From: a virus
Taxonomy: Duplodnaviria; Caudoviricetes
Virus record (IMG/VR): IMGVR_UViG_3300036805_000160
Span: 1-43,886 of that record
Direction: 5' to 3' (one strand)
Length of the DNA stretch: 43,886 nucleotides
The notes beneath the pieces were generated by a model that ran no database searches, was not told where the DNA came from, and was given only the letters and a program-made list of their open reading frames with translations. Both the position numbers and the translations under genes were made by a program. Shown piece after piece: positions 16,345 through 25,131 of the stretch (the first letter of the stretch is position 1; every line of letters starts with the position of its first letter).

Positions 16345-16832
16345 TGGGTGCCTCCGGTGCCGCAGCTGGTGACGCTGGGGGTTGGTTCTGGCGTGAGGGT
16401 AGCACGGGGGGACGGTGTGGTGGTGGTTGTGCCGGTGAAGCTGGTTCCGGTGGCGTGGCGGCCGGTGATGGCGGCGGAGAGGGGTTTGTGGAGGATTCCG
16501 GTTTCGGTGGCGGCGATGGCTGCGTAGCCGCCGCCGGTGACGAGCGCGGCGGATGTGGCGGCGGTGACCAGGACTTTGCGGGGGATGTGGGTGATGGCGG
16601 CGCGGAGCCATCCGGGTTCGAACTGCCGGAGCTTGCTGAGGTGGTGGGCCTGGCCGGCGAGGTGCTCGTAGACGCTGGTTGAGCCGGTGGATACGACGGC
16701 GCCGGCCACGCCGCCGATGAGCGTCCCGTTGTTGCCGAGCAGCGAGCCGATTACGGCGCTTGTGGCGAATGCGGCTGCGCTGATTGCGAGAGACAGCGGC
16801 GATAGGATGCGGCGGTTTTGCGGTGCGGTCAT
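16209..16832 (-). CDS. Membrane protein with Thr/Pro/Ser-rich tail
   Basis: Several hydrophobic segments followed by a low-complexity TPS tail. ATGA coupling at 16829-16832. Confidence 0.65.
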   Translation of the reverse strand: MTAPQNRRILSPLSLAISAAAFATSAVIGSLLGNNGTLIGGVAGAVVSTGSTSVYEHLAGQAHHLSKLRQFEPGWLRAAITHIPRKVLVTAATSAALVTGGGYAAIAATETGILHKPLSAAITGRHATGTSFTGTTTTTPSPRATLTPEPTPSVTSCGTGGTQCPTSPPSSKTSAAPSPTQPTTSNESSKPTSPPSSAPPQLLTPTR

Positions 16833-17002
16833 CTGGCTGGGACCCAGTTCTTCCCGTCGTATTTGCGGTTCTGGTTGATGGCGCCGGTGTATTCGCTCCA
16901 GATGAGGCTGAGTAGTTGGGTGAATAGTTCGGTGAGCCGGTCGGTTTGGGGTGCGCGCTGGAGGCGTTCGTGTTCGAGCGCTTGGACGTCGGTGTCGGTC
17001 AC
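16829..17002 (-). CDS. Small hypothetical protein
   Basis: Coupled at both ends by GTGA and ATGA overlaps. Confidence 0.55.
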   Translation of the reverse strand: MTDTDVQALEHERLQRAPQTDRLTELFTQLLSLIWSEYTGAINQNRKYDGKNWVPAR

Positions 17003-17361
17003 TGCTGGTCCCCTGCTGTGAGTTCCCGCCGGTGCCACTGCGCCTCAATCATCTCGCGGATGGTGGACCGCAGCGGCCGGGGGTCGGTGGATGCCCGGCG
17101 CAGGCGGAGCGGATGGAGGAGGGCTTCGGTGCGTTCGTGTTCGTGCTGCCTGGCGCGGGCGCGTTTCACTTCGGTGATGATTTCGGCGGGGGCGCAGAAT
17201 GGCTGGCGGCGGGTGACGGTGACGACCGCGGCGCGGCAGTCGGCCAGCTCGAGGTCGCCGAGCAGGTCGTGCCAGACGTCGGGTGTGTATTCGTCAATCG
17301 CCTGCTGGGGGCAGCATGCCTTGACGTATTTGGTCAGGGTGACGGTTTCCGTCGGGGTCAT
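16999..17361 (-). CDS. Helicase loader/inhibitor (SPP1 G39P-like)
   Basis: 'MTPTETVTL...WHDLLGDLELADCRAAV...FCAPAEII' pattern, immediately downstream of rep. Confidence 0.65.
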   Translation of the reverse strand: MTPTETVTLTKYVKACCPQQAIDEYTPDVWHDLLGDLELADCRAAVVTVTRRQPFCAPAEIITEVKRARARQHEHERTEALLHPLRLRRASTDPRPLRSTIREMIEAQWHRRELTAGDQQ

Positions 17362-18175
17362 TGTCTTCCCTTGCCTGTGCGCGCTGGTATGCGCGGTCGA
17401 ATAGGTCTTCGGTTTGCCCGCTGCGGACGTGGCGGCCGCGGGGTGGTTGCTGTTCGGCGGCGCGGCGCATCCAGTTGCGCCAGGTGGCGGTCCAGTCGAG
17501 TTTGGTGGCGCCGCGGCCGGTGGCGGCTCGCCAGTAGTCCATGAACTTGGCGGTTTCGGCGCGGCCGTCGACGCCGGGGACTTCGCTGCGGGCCCAGGTG
17601 ACCATGTCGGGTGTGACGGTGAAGTCGCCGGGGATGCGGGTGCCGCGTTTTCGCGGGGGGGGCGCACCCGGAGGGTGCGGGGGGTTATCTCTCTTCTCTC
17701 TTCTCTCTATAGGGGCGTGACTGTCCGCGGACACGTCACGTGACATACCGCTGACCTGGGAATTATTTATGGAACGTGCCGTATCACTGTCACGTGACGT
17801 GTCACGTGACAGGTCTTGTGGGTGCTGCCCGCGCTGCGCTTTTGCGCGTTCACGCTCGCGTCGTTTGCGGTCCCGGTCGGCTGAGCGGCGCTGCGCGATC
17901 GCGTCGAGCTCCTCCTGCCACTCCTCCCAGCGGGTGACCTGATATCCACCCCTGGCAGGACGCCACAGTCCGGCAGCAACAAGCGCTCCGGCAGCCGCCT
18001 CATACCGGCGGCGACGGCACAGCGCGGGCAGCATCCCGGCTGGCACGAAACCTCCTGTCTCCTGGTCACCGCAGTAAGCCAGGCCGCGGGTGAACATCAC
18101 TTCGGCGCCGTCGTCGGGCAGCGCCGCGACGGCGGCGTCGAGGTAGTAGCGGGCCGATAGCTTGACCCAGTCCAC
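17294..18175 (-). CDS. Phage replication initiator protein (O-like)
   Basis: N-terminal 'WVKLS', 'DRDRKRRER' linker, C-terminal 'KFMDYW...KLDWTATWRNWMRRA'. Contains iteron-like repeats. Confidence 0.8.
   Translation of the reverse strand: MDWVKLSARYYLDAAVAALPDDGAEVMFTRGLAYCGDQETGGFVPAGMLPALCRRRRYEAAAGALVAAGLWRPARGGYQVTRWEEWQEELDAIAQRRSADRDRKRRERERAKAQRGQHPQDLSRDTSRDSDTARSINNSQVSGMSRDVSADSHAPIERREKRDNPPHPPGAPPPRKRGTRIPGDFTVTPDMVTWARSEVPGVDGRAETAKFMDYWRAATGRGATKLDWTATWRNWMRRAAEQQPPRGRHVRSGQTEDLFDRAYQRAQAREDNDPDGNRHPDQIRQGMLPPAGD
17723..17810. repeat. Putative replication origin: palindromic iterons flanking an AT-rich core
   Basis: GTCCGCGGAC (17723) and GTCACGTGAC (17735, 17789, 17801) form two pairs at 12-bp spacing around AATTATTTAT (17761-17770), inside rep. 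Confidence 0.7.
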
Positions 18176-18221
18176 TCACCAAGTCCCGTCTTCCTCGTTA
18201 GCGGATAGGTCAGGTGACGGA

Positions 18222-18317
18222 TGCGCGGCGGCCGCAGGTGCGGCCTCCCCCGGGTGTGCAGTGGGGTCATGGGCCGCCCTTGCCCGGACGGTGGTGCGGT
18301 TTGACGGCCGCCGCGCA
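18222..18317 (-). other. Candidate structured RNA element upstream of rep
   Basis: A perfect 13-bp inverted repeat TGCGCGGCGGCCG (18222-18234) / CGGCCGCCGCGCA (18305-18317) encloses smaller hairpins in an intergenic gap. Confidence 0.45.
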
Positions 18318-18329
18318 CGTCTAGGTGGT

Positions 18330-18614
18330 TCAGGGTGGTTTGCGGTGGACGATGCGGTCGCGGGCCGAATGGATGCCGTGCAGCGGGTCCGCCCGGGGTG
18401 GGAGCCACCCCCACAGGTGGAGTGTCAGGACGCCCCAGGAGGCGGCTACGGCGGCGTGGACGGCCGGGTGTGAGCGGATGGTGCGGCGGAAGGCGTGCGA
18501 CAGTGTCTGGTCGTCTACGGCGGTGAGGTCCCAGGCGAGGACGGCGCCGCCGAGGAGGAGCCAGCCGGTGGCGGCGCGGCGCGGCCAGGAGACGACTGGG
18601 GCAGGCTCACCCAT
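18330..18614 (-). CDS. Small membrane protein
   Basis: Two hydrophobic segments. TGATG coupling. Confidence 0.65.
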   Translation of the reverse strand: MGEPAPVVSWPRRAATGWLLLGGAVLAWDLTAVDDQTLSHAFRRTIRSHPAVHAAVAASWGVLTLHLWGWLPPRADPLHGIHSARDRIVHRKPP

Positions 18615-18907
18615 CACTGGGCGTCCCCGGTGCCGTCGGGTGCGCTCGCTTCCATCGCCTCGCGCAGGACGGCGACCATCGTGATGTCCGGCCCCCAGCC
18701 GCCTTCGCCGGACTCCTCGTCGTCGAGGACGCGCTGCACGGCGGTGCGCAGAGCGGCGAGCTTCACCTGCTCCTCGGCGAGCATCACCTCTGGCTCGCCA
18801 TGAACAGGGCACTCACGGCGGATTTCAGGGGCCGGGAGACCGGAACAGCAGCAGTGTTCCGCCTCAGTGACCTTCCGCCGCCATCTGGTAGCGCCGCTCT
18901 CATCCAT
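18614..18907 (-). CDS. Hypothetical protein
   Basis: 97 aa with 'CCC...CPVHG'. Coupled to neighbours. Confidence 0.6.
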   Translation of the reverse strand: MDESGATRWRRKVTEAEHCCCSGLPAPEIRRECPVHGEPEVMLAEEQVKLAALRTAVQRVLDDEESGEGGWGPDITMVAVLREAMEASAPDGTGDAQ

Positions 18908-19193
18908 CGTTGACCCCCCCGGCCTTAGCCGCGCAGGTGGCCCAGTGGACCTGGTAACGCCGTTCGGTCAGGCCCCGGTCGGGTTCCTCCCCGGCCTTGA
19001 GGGTGCGGACGTGCCACACGCCGTGGACGTCGCAATACGCCGCAACCGTCCCGGCGGGGTGCGGGTCGGGGTTGAGCGCCTGGTGGCGGTCAGCGGCGGT
19101 GAGCGCCCATTTGACGCGCTGCCCGCAGCCGCCGGGGCAGGTGGGTGGCCGGGCAGTTTTCGGGCGCGGTGACCGCGGCCGGGTGCGGGTCAC
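18900..19193 (-). CDS. Small zinc-binding phage protein
   Basis: 'CPGGCGQRVKWA...HWATC'. Confidence 0.65.
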   Translation of the reverse strand: MTRTRPRSPRPKTARPPTCPGGCGQRVKWALTAADRHQALNPDPHPAGTVAAYCDVHGVWHVRTLKAGEEPDRGLTERRYQVHWATCAAKAGGVNDG

Positions 19194-19363
19194 GGCCGCT
19201 CACCAGCCTCACGCTCGGCCGCGTACTCGCGGGTGCGCAGGCACCGCCCGCACGTGACCCGGCGCCACTCGGGTGTGATCTCAAGTTCGGCCAGGGCATC
19301 GGTGCCGCAGACCGGGACGGGATCGTAGGGGTTGAATGGCACCGCGGCGAGATGAACTTTCAC
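19190..19363 (-). CDS. Small zinc-finger protein
   Basis: 'VH...VCG...VTCGRC'. GTGA coupling. Confidence 0.6.
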   Translation of the reverse strand: MKVHLAAVPFNPYDPVPVCGTDALAELEITPEWRRVTCGRCLRTREYAAEREAGERP

Positions 19364-19722
19364 GTCGCCTCGCCGTCCCCGCATTCGAGGCGGTGGCCGG
19401 GTGAGCCGTACCGGTACCCGCACCGGCCGCACCACTCGTCCTGCGGCGGTTCCGGTTCAGGCTCTTCCGGCTTCGGTTCCCATATCTGCCACAGCCCGCA
19501 GCCCTTGCACCGGCGGGGGTTGTGCGTCTCGGCCATCTTCTCGGCCCACGCGTGCCAGGCGAGGTAACTGGCTGGCTGGGGCGTGTGCGGTTCGCATTCG
19601 GCCTGCGGCGGGGCCCGCAGCTTCGCCGCCGGGTCTGCGGGGCGTCCGCGGTACCGGTAGGGCTTGGACAGGGCCATGCCGTTGCGGCCGGTGCCGCCGC
19701 CGGGAACCGTCGCCCCGATCAC
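19360..19722 (-). CDS. Zinc-binding hypothetical protein
   Basis: 'CKGCGLW' and 'CGRCGY...H...C'. GTGA coupling. Confidence 0.6.
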   Translation of the reverse strand: MIGATVPGGGTGRNGMALSKPYRYRGRPADPAAKLRAPPQAECEPHTPQPASYLAWHAWAEKMAETHNPRRCKGCGLWQIWEPKPEEPEPEPPQDEWCGRCGYRYGSPGHRLECGDGEAT

Positions 19723-20231
19723 GGCCCACCCACCAGCAGCCCTTGCGCTGCGACCCGGCCCATGACGCCCGTTCCAGGGAACAGGTCGACGACCTCGTCG
19801 CCGTCGGTGTAGCCGAGCATGGCGAGCACCCACCGGCAGAACCGTTCGGGTTTAGCCCCGGTCAGCCCGCGGCGCATGGACATCGGCTCGGCGAGGTGAT
19901 CGCGGGTGACCGGGGCGCCGTCCTTCGATGAGGCGCGGCCACCACGGAGGATGACCGGCTCCCAGGTGTAGGCGACGCGGACGTTGCGCTTGAACGCGGC
20001 CCACGGCTTCACCCATGCGGCGACGCGCACGTCGGGCGGGCAAAGCGGCAAGATGGCCCGCAGGCTGGTGCTCGATGCTGACAGCGCCCACCCGTCCGGG
20101 AACTCGGTGACGAGGAGGGCGATCAGGCCGCCGTGTGCGCCGATGTCGTCCCATTCGGCGGCTTCGGGGTGATCGGCGTAGAACTTGGTTCCGCAGCCAA
20201 GGTAAGGCGGGTCGGCGTAGGCGAACCTCAT
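19719..20231 (-). CDS. Compact amino-DNA (N6A/N4C) methyltransferase, beta-type motif order
   Basis: Catalytic 'ADPPY' at the N-terminus and SAM-binding 'VVDLFPGTG' at the C-terminus. ATGA coupling. Confidence 0.8.
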   Translation of the reverse strand: MRFAYADPPYLGCGTKFYADHPEAAEWDDIGAHGGLIALLVTEFPDGWALSASSTSLRAILPLCPPDVRVAAWVKPWAAFKRNVRVAYTWEPVILRGGRASSKDGAPVTRDHLAEPMSMRRGLTGAKPERFCRWVLAMLGYTDGDEVVDLFPGTGVMGRVAAQGLLVGGP

Positions 20232-21436
20232 GTGGTTTCGCCGTCCCCGTGGATGAGGTCGACGATGTCCTGCCGCGACTTCACCGGCGGGTCGTTCCCC
20301 GGGTCGAGCGCGGCGAGCACCTTCCGCGCCTGCGTGTCCGACAGTCCCGACGTGGTCGCCAGTTCCTGCCCTTCGGGGAGCCCGGCGATCTGGGCGGTGA
20401 ACGCGAGCCGTTCGTCGCGGTCTTCGCGGCCGAAGCCGATGTCGCGGAACCGCTGCTGGATGAGGCCGACTTGGCGCGGTGTCGCTTTGCCGCGGCGGGT
20501 GTGCCCGCCCGCAGCCCCGGGGGGGCGGGGGTCTGCGGGCGGGCTGCCGCCATCCGGCGCCGCTTCGGCTGCGGCGGGTTCTGGCGGCGTCCCCGCCGCC
20601 GTGGGGTGCACGGGAGGAGACGGCGGGGAGTTCCTGTTGATCTCTTCGACGGTGACCGGCTTGGCTGCCTGCGGGAACTCGTCTTCCTTGCGGATCTCGC
20701 CGCGCTGCAGCGACCGGTACAGCACCTGCAGCTGCGCCAGGTCGTACGGCGTCCACTTGGCGCGCGGCCCGCCGAGCTTCTGCTCGAGCTGCGCGGCGGT
20801 GACGCCCATCGCCGCGAACCCTTCGACGGCGGACTTGATCCGGTCGGGGAGTTTCCCGTCGTCCTCGCCGGCGAGGGTGGCGTAGCAGGCGGCGACGGCG
20901 TCCTCGGTGTACCAGCCGGGCAGAATCGCGAAAATCATCTCCCGGAGGCGGCGGGCGCCGTTGTTCGCGTTGTTCTCGTAGATGTCCCGCAGGTCCGTCA
21001 GCGGCACGCTGCCGTTCTGCCGGTCGCGCCGGTGCGGGACGATGAACGTCGTGGAGGAGCGGGTGTTGGTCTGCACGTCCCACGCGAACGCGAGCATCTC
21101 GGACTGGCCGTAGCCGTCGTCGCGGCGCAGCTCCACCAGCCCGTACTGGACGTTGCCGAAACAGCGGGCCAGTTCCCGGGCGAGCTGCACGGACGGGCCG
21201 GACACGATCTCCTTGCCGCGCGGGTAGCGGAAGAACGCCCGTTCGGCGAGGGACTTCTGCGCGCAGGACCGGCGCATGTCCCGTTCGGCGCGGGTGACGT
21301 CGCGGGGGACCTGCTGGGCGACGACGATCGCGGCCTGCACTTCGGCGATGGCGCGGGACTGCTCGACGGCGGTCGCCTGGCCGATGCGGCCGGGCTGCGC
21401 GGGTAGGCGCACGGAGGGTTCAATGTCAGTGGTCAC
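20228..21436 (-). CDS. Putative single-strand annealing protein (partner of the RecE-like exonuclease)
   Basis: 'AIAEVQAAIVVAQQVPRD...YPRG...GPSVQLARELAR...ARRLREMIFAILP'. Directly downstream of the exonuclease. Confidence 0.65.
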   Translation of the reverse strand: MTTDIEPSVRLPAQPGRIGQATAVEQSRAIAEVQAAIVVAQQVPRDVTRAERDMRRSCAQKSLAERAFFRYPRGKEIVSGPSVQLARELARCFGNVQYGLVELRRDDGYGQSEMLAFAWDVQTNTRSSTTFIVPHRRDRQNGSVPLTDLRDIYENNANNGARRLREMIFAILPGWYTEDAVAACYATLAGEDDGKLPDRIKSAVEGFAAMGVTAAQLEQKLGGPRAKWTPYDLAQLQVLYRSLQRGEIRKEDEFPQAAKPVTVEEINRNSPPSPPVHPTAAGTPPEPAAAEAAPDGGSPPADPRPPGAAGGHTRRGKATPRQVGLIQQRFRDIGFGREDRDERLAFTAQIAGLPEGQELATTSGLSDTQARKVLAALDPGNDPPVKSRQDIVDLIHGDGETT

Positions 21437-22281
21437 GGGAGGCTCCAGGGCGGGGGTTGGATGAGCTGGACGTCGTCGGCGTAGCCGGGCCAGACGCCGG
21501 TCTCGCGGCATTCGTGGTAGATCTCGATGGCGCGGCGGTTCTTCTCGTGGCCGGCGGCCATCCACTCGCTGTCGAGCTGGTAGATGCACACCAGGTACGG
21601 CGGCGTCTTCTCCTGGAAGACGAACACGAACGCCACGTCCGGGCCGAAGAACCGCGCGGCGGCGGTGGTGTAGAAGTCGGCCTGCTGGTCGTAGCCGTAG
21701 CGGGCGACGGACTTGCGCACGGATTCGCGGTCGGCGGCGGCGCAGGTCTTGTAGTCGGCGATGATGAGCCGCCCGGTAGCGGGGTCGGGCAGCCAGTCGA
21801 GCCGCGCCCGCCGCCACACGCCGGTGTCCTCGTCCTGCCAGAACAGGGACTGCTCAGCTTTGCCGTACTCCGGGTTGAAGAGGGTGGCGGCTACCGGGTG
21901 CTCCCGCAGCGCCGCGGCCATGTTCTCCACCTGGTCGAACTCGTGGAGCAGCAGCGGCACCTGCCCGGCCTCGCGTGCGGCCTTGGCGGCGTCCCGCGCC
22001 GCGGTGGTGCGCCAGTCCTTCGCGTCCACCAGGACGATCTCAGGGCCGGAGCCGAGGACCGTTTTGTGCGCGATGGTGCCGAACTCCATGTCGCCGGTCG
22101 GGGCGGCCGGGTGGTCCTGCTCGTAGCGGAACCTGGCCGGGCACGACGGCGGCAGCAGCTTCCGCGCTCCCGTCGAGGACAGAGACCCGCCGGGTACGGG
22201 GTCGCCGTGGTAGATCCGCTCGGGCAGGCCGTCGTACACGCCCGGCTCGGTGACGACGTTCGGCTTGGTGTCCGCGGTCAT
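21433..22281 (-). CDS. RecE/exonuclease VIII-like PD-(D/E)xK nuclease (DUF3799-like)
   Basis: 'LSSTGARKL', 'FGTIAH', 'EQSLFW', 'RARLDW', 'DYKT' and 'YDQQADFY'. Confidence 0.9.
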   Translation of the reverse strand: MTADTKPNVVTEPGVYDGLPERIYHGDPVPGGSLSSTGARKLLPPSCPARFRYEQDHPAAPTGDMEFGTIAHKTVLGSGPEIVLVDAKDWRTTAARDAAKAAREAGQVPLLLHEFDQVENMAAALREHPVAATLFNPEYGKAEQSLFWQDEDTGVWRRARLDWLPDPATGRLIIADYKTCAAADRESVRKSVARYGYDQQADFYTTAAARFFGPDVAFVFVFQEKTPPYLVCIYQLDSEWMAAGHEKNRRAIEIYHECRETGVWPGYADDVQLIQPPPWSLP

Positions 22282-22469
22282 CGCAGCCGCCTCCTCATCT
22301 CCTCCAGCTCGACCGCCTCCGGCAGGATGGCGGCGATCGAGGTGGACGGCGGCAGCCACCCGGTGAGCGCCCGGTCCGACCTTGGCCCGTCGAAGAGCAG
22401 GAACGCGCTGAAGGTGACCGGGTCGTCGGCGAACATCTTCGCCCTGTAGCGGATGAGCAGGTCATCCAT
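22278..22469 (-). CDS. Small hypothetical protein
   Basis: 63 aa, coupled to neighbours. Confidence 0.55.
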   Translation of the reverse strand: MDDLLIRYRAKMFADDPVTFSAFLLFDGPRSDRALTGWLPPSTSIAAILPEAVELEEMRRRLR

Positions 22470-22851
22470 CGCGGGCCTCCATCTCGTCGTTCACGGCGCG
22501 GATCACGGCGCGTTCCAGCGGGTCGTTCCAGGTGCTGACGTCGAGGTCGTAGAGCGCCTCGTCCTGCTCATCCGTCAGCGCCTTCGGTTCGCGGGTGGCG
22601 TCGGCGACGGCGGTCATGTCGCCGGTGCGGTCATCCCGCCACTTGAGGTAGCCGAAGAGCAGGCGCCGGGCGAGCCGTGCCTGGCGTTCCCGCTCGTCGC
22701 GTCGCCGCCGCCGCCAGCGGCATGCCAGGTGCCAGACGGCGCGGGCGGACGCCCAGGCCGCGGCGGCGGCGACGATGCCGGCTAGGGCGAGTGTGGTGGC
22801 GCCGAGCCAGTCGAAGCCGTACGGGCCGCCGGTGAAGTCCCGGGGGTTCAC
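22462..22851 (-). CDS. Membrane-anchored hypothetical protein
   Basis: N-terminal TM segment followed by an Arg cluster. GTGA coupling. Confidence 0.6.
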   Translation of the reverse strand: MNPRDFTGGPYGFDWLGATTLALAGIVAAAAAWASARAVWHLACRWRRRRRDERERQARLARRLLFGYLKWRDDRTGDMTAVADATREPKALTDEQDEALYDLDVSTWNDPLERAVIRAVNDEMEARDG

Positions 22852-23030
22852 GGCGCCTCCAGTTCGCGGGAGATGGTCTCGTGGGCGTGCCTGGCGTATT
22901 TCAGCCGGGCGCACATCTCGGGCGTGTCGTTGTGCGGTTCGGTGGCGTCGCCGAACCCGGCGATCTCCGTAGGGTCCGCTAGGCGGGCCAGCGCCGCCAG
23001 CGCCGCCTCAAGTGCGCCGGTCTCGCTCAT
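22848..23030 (-). CDS. Small hypothetical protein
   Basis: Begins [21 protein letters not shown] coupling. Confidence 0.55.
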   Translation of the reverse strand: MSETGALEAALAALARLADPTEIAGFGDATEPHNDTPEMCARLKYARHAHETISRELEAP

Positions 23031-23494
23031 TCCGGTTCCCCCTCGGTTAGTTCGGCGTCGGCGACGTACCGCTGGCAGGGGACGCACCACAGTGAGCCCG
23101 CGCCGTCCTGCAGTTCGCCGCCGCAGTCCGGGCAGTGGTGGATGACCTGCAGCAAGCCGATCGCGGCGGCCGCCAGTCCTGCCCGCCCGGCTACCCGTTC
23201 GCGGTAGCGGGCGATCCGCTCCCTGATCTCCGGTGGCGTCGGCTGCGCGTGGTGGAGTTCCCAGTCGGTGAGGCTGAGGCGGTGCTGCAGCCACGGGTTC
23301 ACGTTGTCCGGGTCGAACGACGCGTCACCCGGGTACAGGTCGCGGGACGGCAGGTCGAGGTGGGCGGGTGCGCGGAGTTCCGCCCCGGCGACGATCAGCC
23401 CTTCCCCGGCGGTGTGCTGCGGCTGGGCTTGCAGGGCGGCGCGGCGGTCAGCCTGGGTGGCTTTCCGCTGCGCGGTGCGCGCCCGGCGGCTCAC
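23027..23494 (-). CDS. Hypothetical protein with C-terminal zinc ribbon
   Basis: 'CPDCGGEL...WCVPC'. GTGA coupling. Confidence 0.6.
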   Translation of the reverse strand: MSRRARTAQRKATQADRRAALQAQPQHTAGEGLIVAGAELRAPAHLDLPSRDLYPGDASFDPDNVNPWLQHRLSLTDWELHHAQPTPPEIRERIARYRERVAGRAGLAAAAIGLLQVIHHCPDCGGELQDGAGSLWCVPCQRYVADAELTEGEPE

Positions 23495-24177
23495 CGTGTC
23501 ACCGCCGTCAGGTGCGCGGCGAGCTGGGCGCCGACGTGCTCGGTGTAGGCGGGCGGGATCGCCTGCGCCAGTTCGTCGCGGTTCATCCACCCGATGCCCA
23601 TCGCGCGCTCCCAGTCGGCTTTGTGCGCGACCAGGCCGTGCGCCATCCGCGGGCCGGATGGCTCGCCATGGCCGGCGACGGTGATCGGCGAGGTGGCGTG
23701 GTAGCACGGCGGCCGCAACTCGAAGTAGTCCCACCCGCCGGTCTCGAACCACCGCTCGCGCTCGATCTCGTTCAGGCCGACCGCGCAGCCGCAGAGCTTG
23801 ATGTCCGGGCGCAGCGGCGCGCCTGGGACGTTCTCCATCACCCACGGCAGTCCTGTTTCCTGCAGCAGTGCCCGGGTCTCGGGGATCTGGCTGGGATGGG
23901 AATTCCTGGCCCACGCCGGGGTGCTGACGCTGTAGCGCTTGCAGACCGGGCTCGCATGGAGCGCGTCGTAGCTGGCCGGCCGCCACAACTCGCCGGAGAA
24001 GCTCGGCCAGTACGCCATTGAGCGCAGGACGCTCAGCGCATCGGCCTGGTGGAACTCGAACGGGTAGTGCGGCTGCGGGGCGATGTCCACGCCCACCACG
24101 TCGAACCCGGCGCGGTGGTAGCCCATCGCCGCGCCACCCGCGCCGCAGAACAGGTCCAGCAGCCGCGGGCGGCTCAT
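23491..24177 (-). CDS. Short C5-cytosine DNA methyltransferase
   Basis: Motif I 'LDLFCGAGG', motif IV 'ASPVC', motif VI 'ENV' and motif X-like 'QAIPPAYTEHVG'. Confidence 0.85.
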   Translation of the reverse strand: MSRPRLLDLFCGAGGAAMGYHRAGFDVVGVDIAPQPHYPFEFHQADALSVLRSMAYWPSFSGELWRPASYDALHASPVCKRYSVSTPAWARNSHPSQIPETRALLQETGLPWVMENVPGAPLRPDIKLCGCAVGLNEIERERWFETGGWDYFELRPPCYHATSPITVAGHGEPSGPRMAHGLVAHKADWERAMGIGWMNRDELAQAIPPAYTEHVGAQLAAHLTAVTR

Positions 24178-24656
24178 GACGCACCTCGCCCGGCGTTGCG
24201 GCGGCCGCGTGGCTGCAGCAGCCGGTCATACCAGCGGACCCAAAACCGCCGCACCGGCAGCGGCAGCCGCCGCGCCATCCGCCGCAGCCGCGGCCGCCGC
24301 TCCCGCGCCTGCCCGATCGCGGCGTGGAAGCGGGCGGCGGCGGCGTGGGCACGCCTGCGGCCGGTGGCGTGCTCGTCGGCGCGGCCGAGCGCCCGGATCA
24401 TGTCGGTGATCTCCTTCTCACCGGGGACCGTGTACGGCAGCCCGCCGATCGCCGCCCGGTAGTCCTCAGCGGTGGCCAGCCGCTCCGTGACGGCGTGGCG
24501 GGAGCGGGCGGCGCCGTTGCCGCTGGCGATGGCGGCGTAGGTGTGGCCGCCGCGGTGGTGGGCGAACAGGCCGTGCCGTTGCAGCAGCCACCAGGCGAGC
24601 AGGGTGAGCGCGGCGCCGTAGAAGGGGAGCAGCGCGAGCGGGTGCAGATGGTTCAC
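24174..24656 (-). CDS. Membrane-anchored hypothetical protein
   Basis: N-terminal TM 'LALLPFYGAALTLLAWWLL'. GTGA coupling. Confidence 0.55.
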   Translation of the reverse strand: MNHLHPLALLPFYGAALTLLAWWLLQRHGLFAHHRGGHTYAAIASGNGAARSRHAVTERLATAEDYRAAIGGLPYTVPGEKEITDMIRALGRADEHATGRRRAHAAAARFHAAIGQARERRPRLRRMARRLPLPVRRFWVRWYDRLLQPRGRRNAGRGAS

Positions 24657-24769
24657 GGCGCACCGTCCGGCTTGCCGCCGCTGATGGCTTCGCCGCAGAA
24701 GTAGCAGTGCGTGTCGGTGTCCTCGCACAGGAACCTGCAGTGGGGGCAAAGGACCGTCATGGCGGTCAC
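24653..24769 (-). CDS. Tiny zinc-ribbon protein (38 aa, not in the ORF track)
   Basis: VTAMTVLCPHCRFLCEDTDTHCYFCGEAISGGKPDGAP*, with GTGA overlaps at both ends. Confidence 0.6.
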   Translation of the reverse strand: MTAMTVLCPHCRFLCEDTDTHCYFCGEAISGGKPDGAP

Positions 24770-25131
24770 CGTCCGTTCTTGTGGTCGAAGATGACGCGCC
24801 GCAGGGCGGCGATCTCGTCCGCGATCTCGGCGAGGTTCCGCGCAGCCTCAGCGATCTGGCCCGCGCCAGCGCCGCCGTCCACCAGTACCGGCGTCGTGCA
24901 CTCGAACACCGTCGACCCGGTCAGGTTCCCCGGCCCGTCCCAGTCGACGGCGCAGGTCCGGCCGCCCGGCATCCGCCGCGGGGGGCGGATCACATCGACG
25001 TCGACCGGGTCGTGGCCGGCGAGGTGGCCGAAGACGTAGTGGGGTTGCAGGTGGGCGTGGTCGCCTGTGCGGAGGGACGCGGCAGGCACCGGGTGCACCC
25101 GCTCGCCGGCGCCGCCGCTGGGGGCGGTCAC
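24766..25131 (-). CDS. Hypothetical protein
   Basis: GTGA coupling with the BldC-like gene. Confidence 0.55.
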   Translation of the reverse strand: MTAPSGGAGERVHPVPAASLRTGDHAHLQPHYVFGHLAGHDPVDVDVIRPPRRMPGGRTCAVDWDGPGNLTGSTVFECTTPVLVDGGAGAGQIAEAARNLAEIADEIAALRRVIFDHKNGR

